From NCBI GenBank assembly GCA_018238545.1, contig JABCTC010000017.1, forward strand, positions 8,836 to 72,835: a stretch of DNA of 64,000 nucleotides, written 5' to 3'. The position numbers and the translations under genes were made by a program. This DNA comes from Candidatus Heimdallarchaeota archaeon. Its GTDB lineage: Archaea; Asgardarchaeota; Heimdallarchaeia; Heimdallarchaeales; Heimdallarchaeaceae. Each line of letters opens with the position of its first letter. Within the stretch, counting starts at the first letter, position 1. Under the pieces are notes generated by a model. The model saw only the letters and a program-made list of their open reading frames with translations, had not been told where the DNA came from and did no database searches. Of this stretch, positions 27,945 to 36,846 are shown in pieces.

Positions 27945-27962
27945 TTATTCCACGTGGAATAA
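27945..27962. repeat. Perfect 18-bp palindrome TTATTCCACGTGGAATAA (same 12-bp core as 26470)
   Basis: Read directly from the sequence. Confidence 0.85.
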
Positions 27963-28006
27963 TTTCTGTTTTCTTGATCAAGTTATTCTAACCATTCTTT
28001 TATTTC

Positions 28007-28144
28007 TCATTGGTCCGAACAAATCAGCTTAAATTTACATTTCTGACATTTTTTAGAATAAAAATTCCATCTAGAACAATTGCTGGCTTTAGCTTTTTCA
28101 ATTGTTGGTAGATCCTTGTAAGTTAAATTAGCAGCAGGTTGCAT
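28007..28144 (-). CDS. 45-aa Cys-rich micro-protein (C-x9-CxxC-x5-C), absent from the ORF track
   Basis: MQPAANLTYKDLPTIEKAKASNCSRWNFYSKKCQKCKFKLICSDQ; ATG abuts the TAA of the upstream gene; AGGAAGG RBS. Confidence 0.65.
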   Translation of the reverse strand: MQPAANLTYKDLPTIEKAKASNCSRWNFYSKKCQKCKFKLICSDQ

Positions 28145-29464
28145 TTAGTTTCCTTCCTTTATTCTGTAAATCTTCTTTCTAGCTCCTTTGCCTTCTCGTT
28201 CTTCTTTGAGAGCTGTTATTTTTCCTAAATCTACTAGCTTCCTGATATGATAATAGATCCGATTATAATCTAATTGTAAAGTTGTCATAAAGTCCTGGAG
28301 AGTATAGCTTTTTTCAGCAAGTAGTTTAAGTATTTCTGTCTGTAAGGAGTCACTCCTAGCTTGGTTAGTTCTACTTACTTTGAGAAGTTGTATTTCCTCA
28401 GCTAGAAATTCACTCTCTTTTTTCATATTTGTATCATGATTCAGGATAAGATCAGCTTGATGGTCCATTCTCTGCAGTAGCATTAAATCATTAGTTGCTG
28501 TTTGTAGCTGGTATTGGGCTAGCTGATTGACATTATTATCAACTCTTCTTAATAAATTATGATTTTCATAATAATCACTATCTAGCTGTTGGACCACATT
28601 TCTATTGTAATCTAACACAGAATTAAGTTTAGAAAAACTTTGATTGCTCGAGATTGTAAATTGCTTAAGTACAGTATTCATTTTATTGAAAACAGTCCCA
28701 ATACCTAAGTCTCTCTCATTCCTTTCAAGCTGTTTAATCATTCTATCAACAGGTATATCTACACGGCTTAATTGGACTTCTTTTCGTAGTCCTTCTTTCT
28801 TATTGTAAGCTGTTAAAAGAATATTTTCAAAAGCTTGCACACTAATATAATTAGCTCCTGCTATTCTCTGAAAATCATAATCTTGGTTCAAATCTAAATT
28901 TACTAACTGCATTTTATTATGATCGCTCTTTATACTTTTCAAGTGTAAGACCGTATCAATTGCAACAATCAAAGAGCGGAATTGATAACAATCTAAAGCT
29001 TTCTTCCATCCACTACATTTGAGATCTATCCTGATACTTTGAGTAGCTTTGTAAAAAGAAAAACGGATAGGTTGATTAAGTTCTAAAAAGGGGACATCTA
29101 ATTTTTCATCTTTTCTTACAGGGACAGCTCGAATCATAATCATTACTCGATGAATGAATAAAGGTTCATCAGGATTGAAAAAGGAATCTAACTCATAAGG
29201 GATCTGTTCAAGAGGCTTAGGTTTGAAATGATAGTAGAGATATGGTTTTGTTTCTGTTCTAGCTATAGAGTATTTTGAGCTGGTTGTTAATCTTGTTAAT
29301 ATTCTTCTAATACTCGAAGCTTTACAATCAGGATAAAGCTGTTTAATGGCTTTCACTATTTCCCCACAAGTAAGCTTATGATGAGAAGATTCAATTACTG
29401 CAATGATAGCTGTAGTTAAGGAAGAATGAATATTCTGTTGAGCTGTATCTTTTACTTCTAACAA
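28145..29464 (-). CDS. wHTH + Rep_trans-like replication-initiator core + coiled coil + wHTH
   Basis: LVNLDLNQD and AYNKKEGLRKEVQL resemble the Rep_trans DxxxD and YxK..RxE motifs; GGAGGT RBS before TTG at 29464. Confidence 0.55.
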   Translation of the reverse strand: MLEVKDTAQQNIHSSLTTAIIAVIESSHHKLTCGEIVKAIKQLYPDCKASSIRRILTRLTTSSKYSIARTETKPYLYYHFKPKPLEQIPYELDSFFNPDEPLFIHRVMIMIRAVPVRKDEKLDVPFLELNQPIRFSFYKATQSIRIDLKCSGWKKALDCYQFRSLIVAIDTVLHLKSIKSDHNKMQLVNLDLNQDYDFQRIAGANYISVQAFENILLTAYNKKEGLRKEVQLSRVDIPVDRMIKQLERNERDLGIGTVFNKMNTVLKQFTISSNQSFSKLNSVLDYNRNVVQQLDSDYYENHNLLRRVDNNVNQLAQYQLQTATNDLMLLQRMDHQADLILNHDTNMKKESEFLAEEIQLLKVSRTNQARSDSLQTEILKLLAEKSYTLQDFMTTLQLDYNRIYYHIRKLVDLGKITALKEEREGKGARKKIYRIKEGN

Positions 29465-29497
29465 TTTGAATGACCTCCTGAAGTTGAAATGATAAAT

Positions 29498-29543
29498 GAG
29501 CGACAAGCGACATAGGGAGATAGGTTAATTGTCGCTCTTTTTT
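29498..29543. other. 9-bp GC-rich stem-loop upstream of the Rep-like gene (nick site or terminator candidate)
   Basis: GAGCGACAA-22nt-TTGTCGCTC followed by a T-run on the + strand. Confidence 0.5.
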
Positions 29544-30052
29544 CAAAAATTTTGAAAGTGATAATCTGTTGAATAAGAACCTTTGAAACAATAAATAAGC
29601 TAATAATTGTTACTAATATTTTTAAAGAATGTTTTTCAAAAATATAGGTAGTTGAGACAATTACTTTTTCAAAAATAATCTGTTTAACCTTCCTTTTTAG
29701 AAGGTAGTGTTTACATACGAAATACGGGTGAATAACAACAGTAGAGCTTATTAAACCCTTAATTTCCTCTGGACAATGATTCAAAGGATCTACTAGATGG
29801 TTAACTAAGTTATTCAAAGTGACAAGAAGGTATAAAGTCGTTTTAGAACCTCTGAAGCTCTCTGCCTTACATTTTCCTATTATACCCTTATCAGAAGGTA
29901 ACTTATTAGAAGGAGTTCTAATTAAGAAGAGAGTACCTTGACTTCGAGTGGAGAAATTTTTGGATTTGTAAGGAACTAATGTTAATAAGTCTCTGAAGGT
30001 ATGTTTTCTTAGTTCTAAAAGTGGTTCTATGAGATTTGTTAACCTTAAAAAA

Positions 30053-31126
30053 ATGCTGATCAGGTTATTAATCCTAATTCTTGTTTTAGGCATAGTCAGC
30101 GGAATCTCAATAGGATTGTTATTTTCTGGAACTACTTATTATGATTATACTGATTCAGATTGGGAGAATTTTTCTTTTACTCCTAGATACAATGAAAGTA
30201 ATTGGAACCTTCTCTTGGATGGACACTCTCACACCCATTTTTCTGATGGTAGCTTGACTCCTAGACAAAATATTCTTTGGCATCTTTCCTTAGGCTATAA
30301 TGCTATTGCAATAACAGATCACAACACTTTCACTGGGGCAGAGGAAGCTAGAGAAATTGCTCGAACAGAATTTAATGATACAATCAAGGTTCTCATTGGT
30401 GTCGAATTGACAACTGCTAGATGCCATTTAGACCTTATACTTCCCCCCAACGTTCAAAAAGAAAATTACAGTAAACTACTAGATGCAAAGAAAGGTATAT
30501 CGTATACTCCAACAGATGAAGAGATGCAGAACATTATCTCTGAGACACATAATTTGGGTGGAATAGTTGTAGTTAACCATTTCTTATGGTCAGAAGAATT
30601 TCTGAATGACCACCCTACAAGGCAACAATACTATGAATGGGGTGCTGATTATATTGAAGTTATTAATGAAAATGCTCCTGATTCAACATCAATAGAGTTT
30701 TGTCAAGATAATGGTCTAGGTATTATTACCGGAACTGACATGCATCAACCTGGACCTGTTTACTCTTGGACAACAATCAACATTACAGAATTTACTGAAG
30801 AAGCTATTTTTATGGAACTAAAGGAGAAACGAACATATTATATCTTCAATGGTTTCAGTTCTCCTTATGATGTTGAACATCAAATTGATCCATTATATAT
30901 TGTATTATATCCATTCATAAAAATAGGTGAAATGTTTGATGAAATGTATAGAAGAGAGGTTTACAGAGTACAATTTATTGTCTTTCTACTTTATATATTT
31001 GGAGGATTTGCTTTTTCAGAGCTCATTAGAATGACGTATCGGTTGTTAAAATGGAGATATAAGAAAAGAAAGAAAACAAAAGAGATTCAAGAGGAAAAGG
31101 TAAATCACGATCAAGTGAAAAAATAG
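30053..31126 (+). CDS. Membrane-anchored PHP-family phosphoesterase
   Basis: DGHSHTHFSDG, ITDHN, GVELT, NH, GTDMH; TM at both ends. Confidence 0.85.
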   Translation: MLIRLLILILVLGIVSGISIGLLFSGTTYYDYTDSDWENFSFTPRYNESNWNLLLDGHSHTHFSDGSLTPRQNILWHLSLGYNAIAITDHNTFTGAEEAREIARTEFNDTIKVLIGVELTTARCHLDLILPPNVQKENYSKLLDAKKGISYTPTDEEMQNIISETHNLGGIVVVNHFLWSEEFLNDHPTRQQYYEWGADYIEVINENAPDSTSIEFCQDNGLGIITGTDMHQPGPVYSWTTINITEFTEEAIFMELKEKRTYYIFNGFSSPYDVEHQIDPLYIVLYPFIKIGEMFDEMYRREVYRVQFIVFLLYIFGGFAFSELIRMTYRLLKWRYKKRKKTKEIQEEKVNHDQVKK

Positions 31127-31145
31127 AAACACTAACAAATATTTT

Positions 31146-34097
31146 CTATTTGCTAGGGATTGTAATTCTGAAATTAGTAAGTTTTTCTTTTGTATCTATT
31201 GAGATGTCCCACCCATGCCCTTCAACTATTTTCTTAACTATAGAGAGCCCTAATCCAGTACTAACTTTTTTAGTTGAATAACCTCTATCAAATACTTTTT
31301 CGATGAGTTTCTCATTAATTAAAATTCCATCATTACTAATTGAAATCACTATTTTACCTTTCTTTTCTGTTCTAGAAACACTCACTTTGCTCGGTTTTCC
31401 ATGTATTATTGCATTTTCAAACAGATTTTTGAAAACTTGAGAAAGTTTACCATTATCTCCTTTAATCGTTCCTAATGTAGCTTTCTTGAATTTAATTCTT
31501 TTTGGAAGTATAACATCAGCTACTGTTTCAACTAGTCTATCCAAATCAACTTTGTCTTTTTTCTCTACAGTAGTTCCTGCTTCTGCTAGTTCAATAGAGT
31601 GCTCTAATAGGTTTCCTACATAATTTGTTCTTCGAAGAATTTTCTCAAAATATAGATCTTCATATTTTTCCTTTAGTTCTTCAACATATCCCTCAATTGC
31701 AGTTAAACTATTTCTAATATCGTGACCCATAAAGTGAGCAAAATCGCTTAATTCTTCTTTTTGTTTACTTATTTCTTCTTCTACTTTCTTTCTTTCAGTT
31801 ATGTCAATTAAAGAAGCGAGAAAGTTTGTAGTTCCTGGAACATTTTTAACAGTGAGAATAATATCTCTAATTCTTCCATCACCGCTAATGAATCTACTTT
31901 CATATTGAACAGGAACCTTTGTAGGGTCTTCTTTTCGGATTTCATTAAAATCCATCATCATGTCAAGTTCAGGTTTTGGTATGAACTCTAACCATTTTCT
32001 CTTTCCTTCAACCTCTTCTTTCTTGTAACCTGAAATACTTTCCATTCTTGTATTAAAGAGAAGTATTGTTCCCTCTTCATCAAAAAGTAGGTTTGCGGTT
32101 CCTGTTGTTTCAAATAGTATTCTATAGAGATTGTATAATCTTTGAAGTTCCTCTTCTCTGCTCTTTCTTTCTGAGATGTCTCTGACTAAAGAAAGCATGA
32201 CTTGTTTTCCTCTGAAATCGAAAATGTGGGCACTTATTTCAACTGGGATGATTTTTCCTTCTTTTGTTTTATGTGAAGCCTCAAAAGTCATTTGTTTCTT
32301 CTTAATAACTTCTTTCACGATTCCTGATACTCTTTTTACAGTAAATGAATCTGGTAAATTTGTTGGAGACATCTTTAGAAACTCCTCTTTTGTGTATCCA
32401 AGCATTTTTGATGCATTATCATTTACTTCTAAAAACTTTCCAGGCATCCCATTTTTAGTAATAGAATAAAGATAAATTGCATCATTTGCATACTGGAAAA
32501 TATATCTGAATTTCTCTTCACTTTCCATCAGTTTCTTTTCAGCTTCACTTTGTTTTGTAATATTTCTAGCTACTGTTAAAATGACTTTTCTTTCCCATAA
32601 AGTGAAATTATGAGAGCTAAATTCAATAAATCGAGAATTGCCATTCTTATCTACTATGTGACCTTCAAAAACGATTTTTCCTGTTTTTCTGTAAATTTCA
32701 CCGATATTTTTATTTCTCGCAAATATTCCTTCCTTATCTAACTCATAAGGTGTCATTTCTAGTAATTCTTTCCGAGAATAACCTGTCCATTCGCATACTA
32801 CATCATTTACTTCAATAAATTTACCTAACTTATTATTTTTGTCTAAATAATGGATAAACATACCATCTTTCGTACTGTTAAATATTTGTCTGAATTTCTC
32901 TTCGCTTGCTCTAAGTTCTTTTTCCGCTTCATTTCGTTTAGAGATATCTCTACTATTAGACATAATAATTTGTTTATCACCAAGATTTACTAGATTAACA
33001 TTAAGTTCCATGAGGTAAGGAGTACCATCTCTTCTTTTTGCTAGAATCTCACAAGTAATGTATTTCTCTTTTACGATATCTTGTAGAATACTTTCCGAGA
33101 ATTCTGGATCAACATAGGTATCGAAATCTAAAACGTTTTTACCCACCATCTCAGACCTTTTGTATCCATACCTATCTAAAGTACTCTTGTTCACATCAAT
33201 AATTGTTCCATCAGTGTCTATAATAGAAATGCCGTCAAATGAATTTTCAAAAATCAACCTATATCTCTCTTCACTTTCTCTAAGTTCCTTTTTGGCTTCC
33301 TTTTGTTCAGAAATGTCAATTCCTATCCCACCAATCCAAGAGGTTTTTCCTTTCAAATATATTGGAAATTTGATTGTGTTAAAAGCTTGACCAAATCTTT
33401 GCTTATCTGTTCGAGTTTCTGTTGTAATAGTTGTTCCCTCTTCTCTTATTTTCTTATCTTCTTCTTCAATAGTTCTAGCCAATTCTGCAGGTAATAATTC
33501 ACCTACTGTTTGACCTAGTGAATCTTTAATTCCAGTTTGTTCTTTCATGTATTTGTTAATAAACCACATTTTTCCCTTGTCATCTTTTATCCAAGCTATC
33601 GCAGGTAAATTGTCCATAAAGTGAGAAAATCTTTCTTCACTTTCTCTTAGAGCTTCTTCTGCTCGTTTACGTTTTACAACATTTTTAATATCATTAATCA
33701 GTTCGGTAAACTGACTTTTAGCATCTCCACCTTTTCTTAAATATGAATCTGCTCCAAGGTTAAGAGCTTGAATTACGACTTCTTCTCTGCTTCGACCAGT
33801 AAAAATAATAAAAGGAATGTCAATATTTTTTACTTTAATACACTTTAGTAAACCCAATCCATCAATTGAAGGCATTAGATAATCACAAACAATAACATCA
33901 TACTTATTCTTCTTTAAAACTTCCATAGCTTGAGAAGAATCAGAAAGTGAATGTATTTGAATCTCTTCTTTGGCTATATGTTCTACAAACTCTTTGGTTA
34001 AAGTAAGAAAATCAATCTCATCATCAATATGCAATACTTGAATTGTACCATTCTTTTGATGGTTTTTCACCTTTTTTCCTGCGACTGGACTATCCAA
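31146..34097 (-). CDS. REC-multi-PAS histidine kinase (probable TTG start near 34097)
   Basis: VLHIDDE receiver, five PAS/PAC repeats, GHDIRN, NLFENAIIH, TGLGL. Confidence 0.9.
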   Translation of the reverse strand: MDSPVAGKKVKNHQKNGTIQVLHIDDEIDFLTLTKEFVEHIAKEEIQIHSLSDSSQAMEVLKKNKYDVIVCDYLMPSIDGLGLLKCIKVKNIDIPFIIFTGRSREEVVIQALNLGADSYLRKGGDAKSQFTELINDIKNVVKRKRAEEALRESEERFSHFMDNLPAIAWIKDDKGKMWFINKYMKEQTGIKDSLGQTVGELLPAELARTIEEEDKKIREEGTTITTETRTDKQRFGQAFNTIKFPIYLKGKTSWIGGIGIDISEQKEAKKELRESEERYRLIFENSFDGISIIDTDGTIIDVNKSTLDRYGYKRSEMVGKNVLDFDTYVDPEFSESILQDIVKEKYITCEILAKRRDGTPYLMELNVNLVNLGDKQIIMSNSRDISKRNEAEKELRASEEKFRQIFNSTKDGMFIHYLDKNNKLGKFIEVNDVVCEWTGYSRKELLEMTPYELDKEGIFARNKNIGEIYRKTGKIVFEGHIVDKNGNSRFIEFSSHNFTLWERKVILTVARNITKQSEAEKKLMESEEKFRYIFQYANDAIYLYSITKNGMPGKFLEVNDNASKMLGYTKEEFLKMSPTNLPDSFTVKRVSGIVKEVIKKKQMTFEASHKTKEGKIIPVEISAHIFDFRGKQVMLSLVRDISERKSREEELQRLYNLYRILFETTGTANLLFDEEGTILLFNTRMESISGYKKEEVEGKRKWLEFIPKPELDMMMDFNEIRKEDPTKVPVQYESRFISGDGRIRDIILTVKNVPGTTNFLASLIDITERKKVEEEISKQKEELSDFAHFMGHDIRNSLTAIEGYVEELKEKYEDLYFEKILRRTNYVGNLLEHSIELAEAGTTVEKKDKVDLDRLVETVADVILPKRIKFKKATLGTIKGDNGKLSQVFKNLFENAIIHGKPSKVSVSRTEKKGKIVISISNDGILINEKLIEKVFDRGYSTKKVSTGLGLSIVKKIVEGHGWDISIDTKEKLTNFRITIPSK

Positions 34098-34193
34098 AAA
34101 GAAAACCTCACGTATATAAATACTAAAACAAGTATAAATTTCTTCTTTCTGTTCCATTAGCTAAACATTAAATAATTTGTTTTAGAATCAAAG

Positions 34194-34511
34194 TTGTACA
34201 AGAGAGGATTTATTTTGTTTCTAAAAGATGAAGTTGGTAAGAAAATTACTATAGAGGGGAAAATTTCAGATATCCCTTGGCAACATATGATTAAGGATGT
34301 AGAAAACCATAATCACATTTATTATTTTGATTTAGAGGACGGAAATCAGATAGTAATTTATTCGAAAGCAGAAATAAATTGCTCTAGATCTCTTTTAGTT
34401 ACTGGAGAAGTAATAGAAGTAAGAGGAAAATCAAAACGACCAGGTAAGATAGATGATACTACTTATGTAGAATATCACATTATCATAGAAGATTGGGAAT
34501 GCTTAATTTAG
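34194..34511 (+). CDS. Small OB-fold-like protein
   Basis: GKKITIEGKI...VTGEV beta-strand pattern. Confidence 0.55.
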   Translation: MYKRGFILFLKDEVGKKITIEGKISDIPWQHMIKDVENHNHIYYFDLEDGNQIVIYSKAEINCSRSLLVTGEVIEVRGKSKRPGKIDDTTYVEYHIIIEDWECLI

Positions 34512-34604
34512 GATGTTTATATTTGGAAATGTTGATTAATCCAAAATGACAACAATATTTAGGATTAATACAAAATCAAGAAAATGTGATGAAGTTGTGA
34601 TAAA

Positions 34605-35450
34605 ATGCTTGATGAGGATGATATGACGTATCTTTTGGAAAGTTTAACGGATGAAGATCCTCATGTTCGTGTTTTTACAATAAACTCAATCGTTGACAAT
34701 AGTAAAAGGGAATCTGCAGTTGATGCAGTAATCAACTCTCTTTTAGACGATAATGCTGAAGTTAGGGCTAGAGCTGCTTGGGCTTTAGGTAAAATTCAAA
34801 GTAAAAGTGCTATAGAATCTTTAATTCAGTCTCTAAATGACGATGATTATAATGTTAGAAAGAATAGTCTTAGATCATTAGGAGAACTTGTTGCTATAGA
34901 TTCAATCCAAAATATTTTAACAAAATTAGAAGATAAACATTGGGAGGTAAGAAATGAAGCAGCTGTTGTTCTTGAATATTTAGGGTGGGTACCAGGAAAC
35001 GATAAGGAAACAGCGTACAACTTAATAGCTAAAGGAAGATGGGGGAACGTGCTTCAAATCGAGAACCTATCTGTCGAATTGTTGTTTCCCTTTCTAAATG
35101 ATGAAAATAGTGAAGTGCAAGGATATATAGCTTGGATTCTAGGTGAAAAAAGGAATTCTCTAGCAGTTCAACCTCTTTATGATCTCCTTATGACTGCAAA
35201 ACTTCACGATGTAAAAGAAAAGGTTTCAGTAGCTATTGGAAAAATAGGCGGGAAAGAAGCTGTTGAATTATTACAAGTTGCTTTACATGACCCAAATTGG
35301 TTTATTAGAAAATGTGCTGTAACGTCTTTAGGTTTGATAAAAGATAAGTCAATTATAGAAATCCTGAAGCTACATATAAATGATTCTAACAGATTTGTAA
35401 GTCAGAGTGCTAGAGAAGCACTAGAACGAATCGACGAGAAAGATAGTTGA
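34605..35450 (+). CDS. HEAT/PBS-lyase repeat protein
   Basis: Repeated L.D....VR..AA.ALG. Confidence 0.9.
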   Translation: MLDEDDMTYLLESLTDEDPHVRVFTINSIVDNSKRESAVDAVINSLLDDNAEVRARAAWALGKIQSKSAIESLIQSLNDDDYNVRKNSLRSLGELVAIDSIQNILTKLEDKHWEVRNEAAVVLEYLGWVPGNDKETAYNLIAKGRWGNVLQIENLSVELLFPFLNDENSEVQGYIAWILGEKRNSLAVQPLYDLLMTAKLHDVKEKVSVAIGKIGGKEAVELLQVALHDPNWFIRKCAVTSLGLIKDKSIIEILKLHINDSNRFVSQSAREALERIDEKDS

Positions 35451-35556
35451 ATCTTTTCACATCTTCTGAGAGATATATTTAAAATAATCACATGCTTTTT
35501 TAGAATAGATAGAAGAAAATATCATAATTAGTAAAACCTCTTGGAGGATAAATATT

Positions 35557-36840
35557 ATGGAAGACATACGCAAAAAACTAGCAATTTCTCAAGAAAACTT
35601 GCAATCTGTTCAAAACTTCTTCATGGATGAAAACAATCCTTTCATCACTGATCTAATTCAAGTTATAGATAAATATGGTGGAGTAGAAGAAATTAACAAG
35701 AAGTATACAGAATCCAGAAAACTAGAACACATCTACAAAGAACTCGAAAAAGTTAAACCTGAATATATAGACGATTTAGAGTGGCTGATTAAACAGAGAG
35801 ATAATGATGCGTTTATCAGTGAAAGTGAATATAGAAGAAAGATCCTGGGAAATGCTGTAGATCAAATGGAATTCGATGATTCATTTGCAGTTACACTAGA
35901 ATTGTCAGCATGTCAATATTTTCCGTTTTTGATTAAAGGCGCAGAAGTAATGATCAAGAAGAAAGATCTGATGCCAGGCAGGATAATTCGTGTTCGAGCT
36001 ATGAAAGAACAAGAGGAAGATGGTGATTTATTAGCAATGACAGGTGCAGTAGATATCATCGGGGCATCAAGAGTAGAGACTCTCGATACCAAAGGTACTT
36101 CTCCTGGACCTGATGGAATGCCAGTAAACATTCATCTTGGAGGTCCAGCAACAATAACTGGTTACTTTGGAGGTGTGGGTCAGCCTAATGAATTTGCCTT
36201 AAAGTGGGTGGATGAATTTCTCTATTACTACACAAATTATGGAGTTAAAAGTGTACTAAATATCAACCCTGGAACAGTAATTTTAGGTTATTTATTGTAT
36301 AAGCTTGGAATAAATAATGAATTCAAAATTTCTGTTTATATGGGTAATGACAATCCTTATTCTGTGCTTTGGACTTTGATGACTGCAAAACTATTTGCTA
36401 GAGCTGATGGAACTAGTCCTCTTATTGGATTCAACCTCTCGAATGCTGTTAACAATTGGTCAATCGAAATGAGTTCACATATTCGCAAGAGTTTTGGTTT
36501 TGAAGATGTTGTTCGTCTTGAACATCACATTATTGAAACATGGAAATCAATAGTTCGTCAACCATATGATAGAACACAAGAACTCCTAGAGCTTGCTAAA
36601 AAAGTTAAAAACATAAGTGCAAAACATGAAGGCGGTCCTGTAGATATTGATCCAACTCGTGAACATCCTTCTGATATTCTTGATTATTTCCTTTCAAAGG
36701 AACAGATTACTGAGCAAGGAATCTGGGATGGTCTTATGCAAAATTACTATGACAGGCAAACTTCAATCAATAATACAGCCAAAGCTCTAACTGAAAATGG
36801 CACAGCTTTTATTGCAGCTAGAAAACTTCATCATAAATAA
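35557..36840 (+). CDS. Enzyme-like protein of unknown function
   Basis: 427-aa ORF with a strong GGAGG RBS; first gene of an operon. Confidence 0.7.
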   Translation: MEDIRKKLAISQENLQSVQNFFMDENNPFITDLIQVIDKYGGVEEINKKYTESRKLEHIYKELEKVKPEYIDDLEWLIKQRDNDAFISESEYRRKILGNAVDQMEFDDSFAVTLELSACQYFPFLIKGAEVMIKKKDLMPGRIIRVRAMKEQEEDGDLLAMTGAVDIIGASRVETLDTKGTSPGPDGMPVNIHLGGPATITGYFGGVGQPNEFALKWVDEFLYYYTNYGVKSVLNINPGTVILGYLLYKLGINNEFKISVYMGNDNPYSVLWTLMTAKLFARADGTSPLIGFNLSNAVNNWSIEMSSHIRKSFGFEDVVRLEHHIIETWKSIVRQPYDRTQELLELAKKVKNISAKHEGGPVDIDPTREHPSDILDYFLSKEQITEQGIWDGLMQNYYDRQTSINNTAKALTENGTAFIAARKLHHK

Positions 36841-36846
36841 AATTGG

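Larger units (their letters stand above)
14331..29930. mobile_element. Integrated plasmid-like element (~15.6 kb); boundaries approximate
   Basis: Block of short ORFans, RHH/wHTH regulators, helicase, serine recombinase, Rep-like gene and CRISPR mini-array between housekeeping genes; related sequences at 14331-14397 and 29863-29929. Confidence 0.8.

Noticed and set aside
14603-29506. cas genes or a TnpB/Cas12 effector for the array
   Set aside because: No Cas1, Cas2, Cas3, Cas6, RAMP or RuvC motifs are recognisable by eye in any ORF; a very divergent effector cannot be excluded without profile searches.
14603-29930. Provirus interpretation
   Set aside because: No capsid, portal, terminase or packaging ATPase is recognisable; the SDH protease alone is insufficient evidence.
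29458-30093. 211-aa minus-strand ORF
   Set aside because: Overlaps the PHP gene start and the motif-rich right end, has no recognisable motifs, and is probably a chance open frame.
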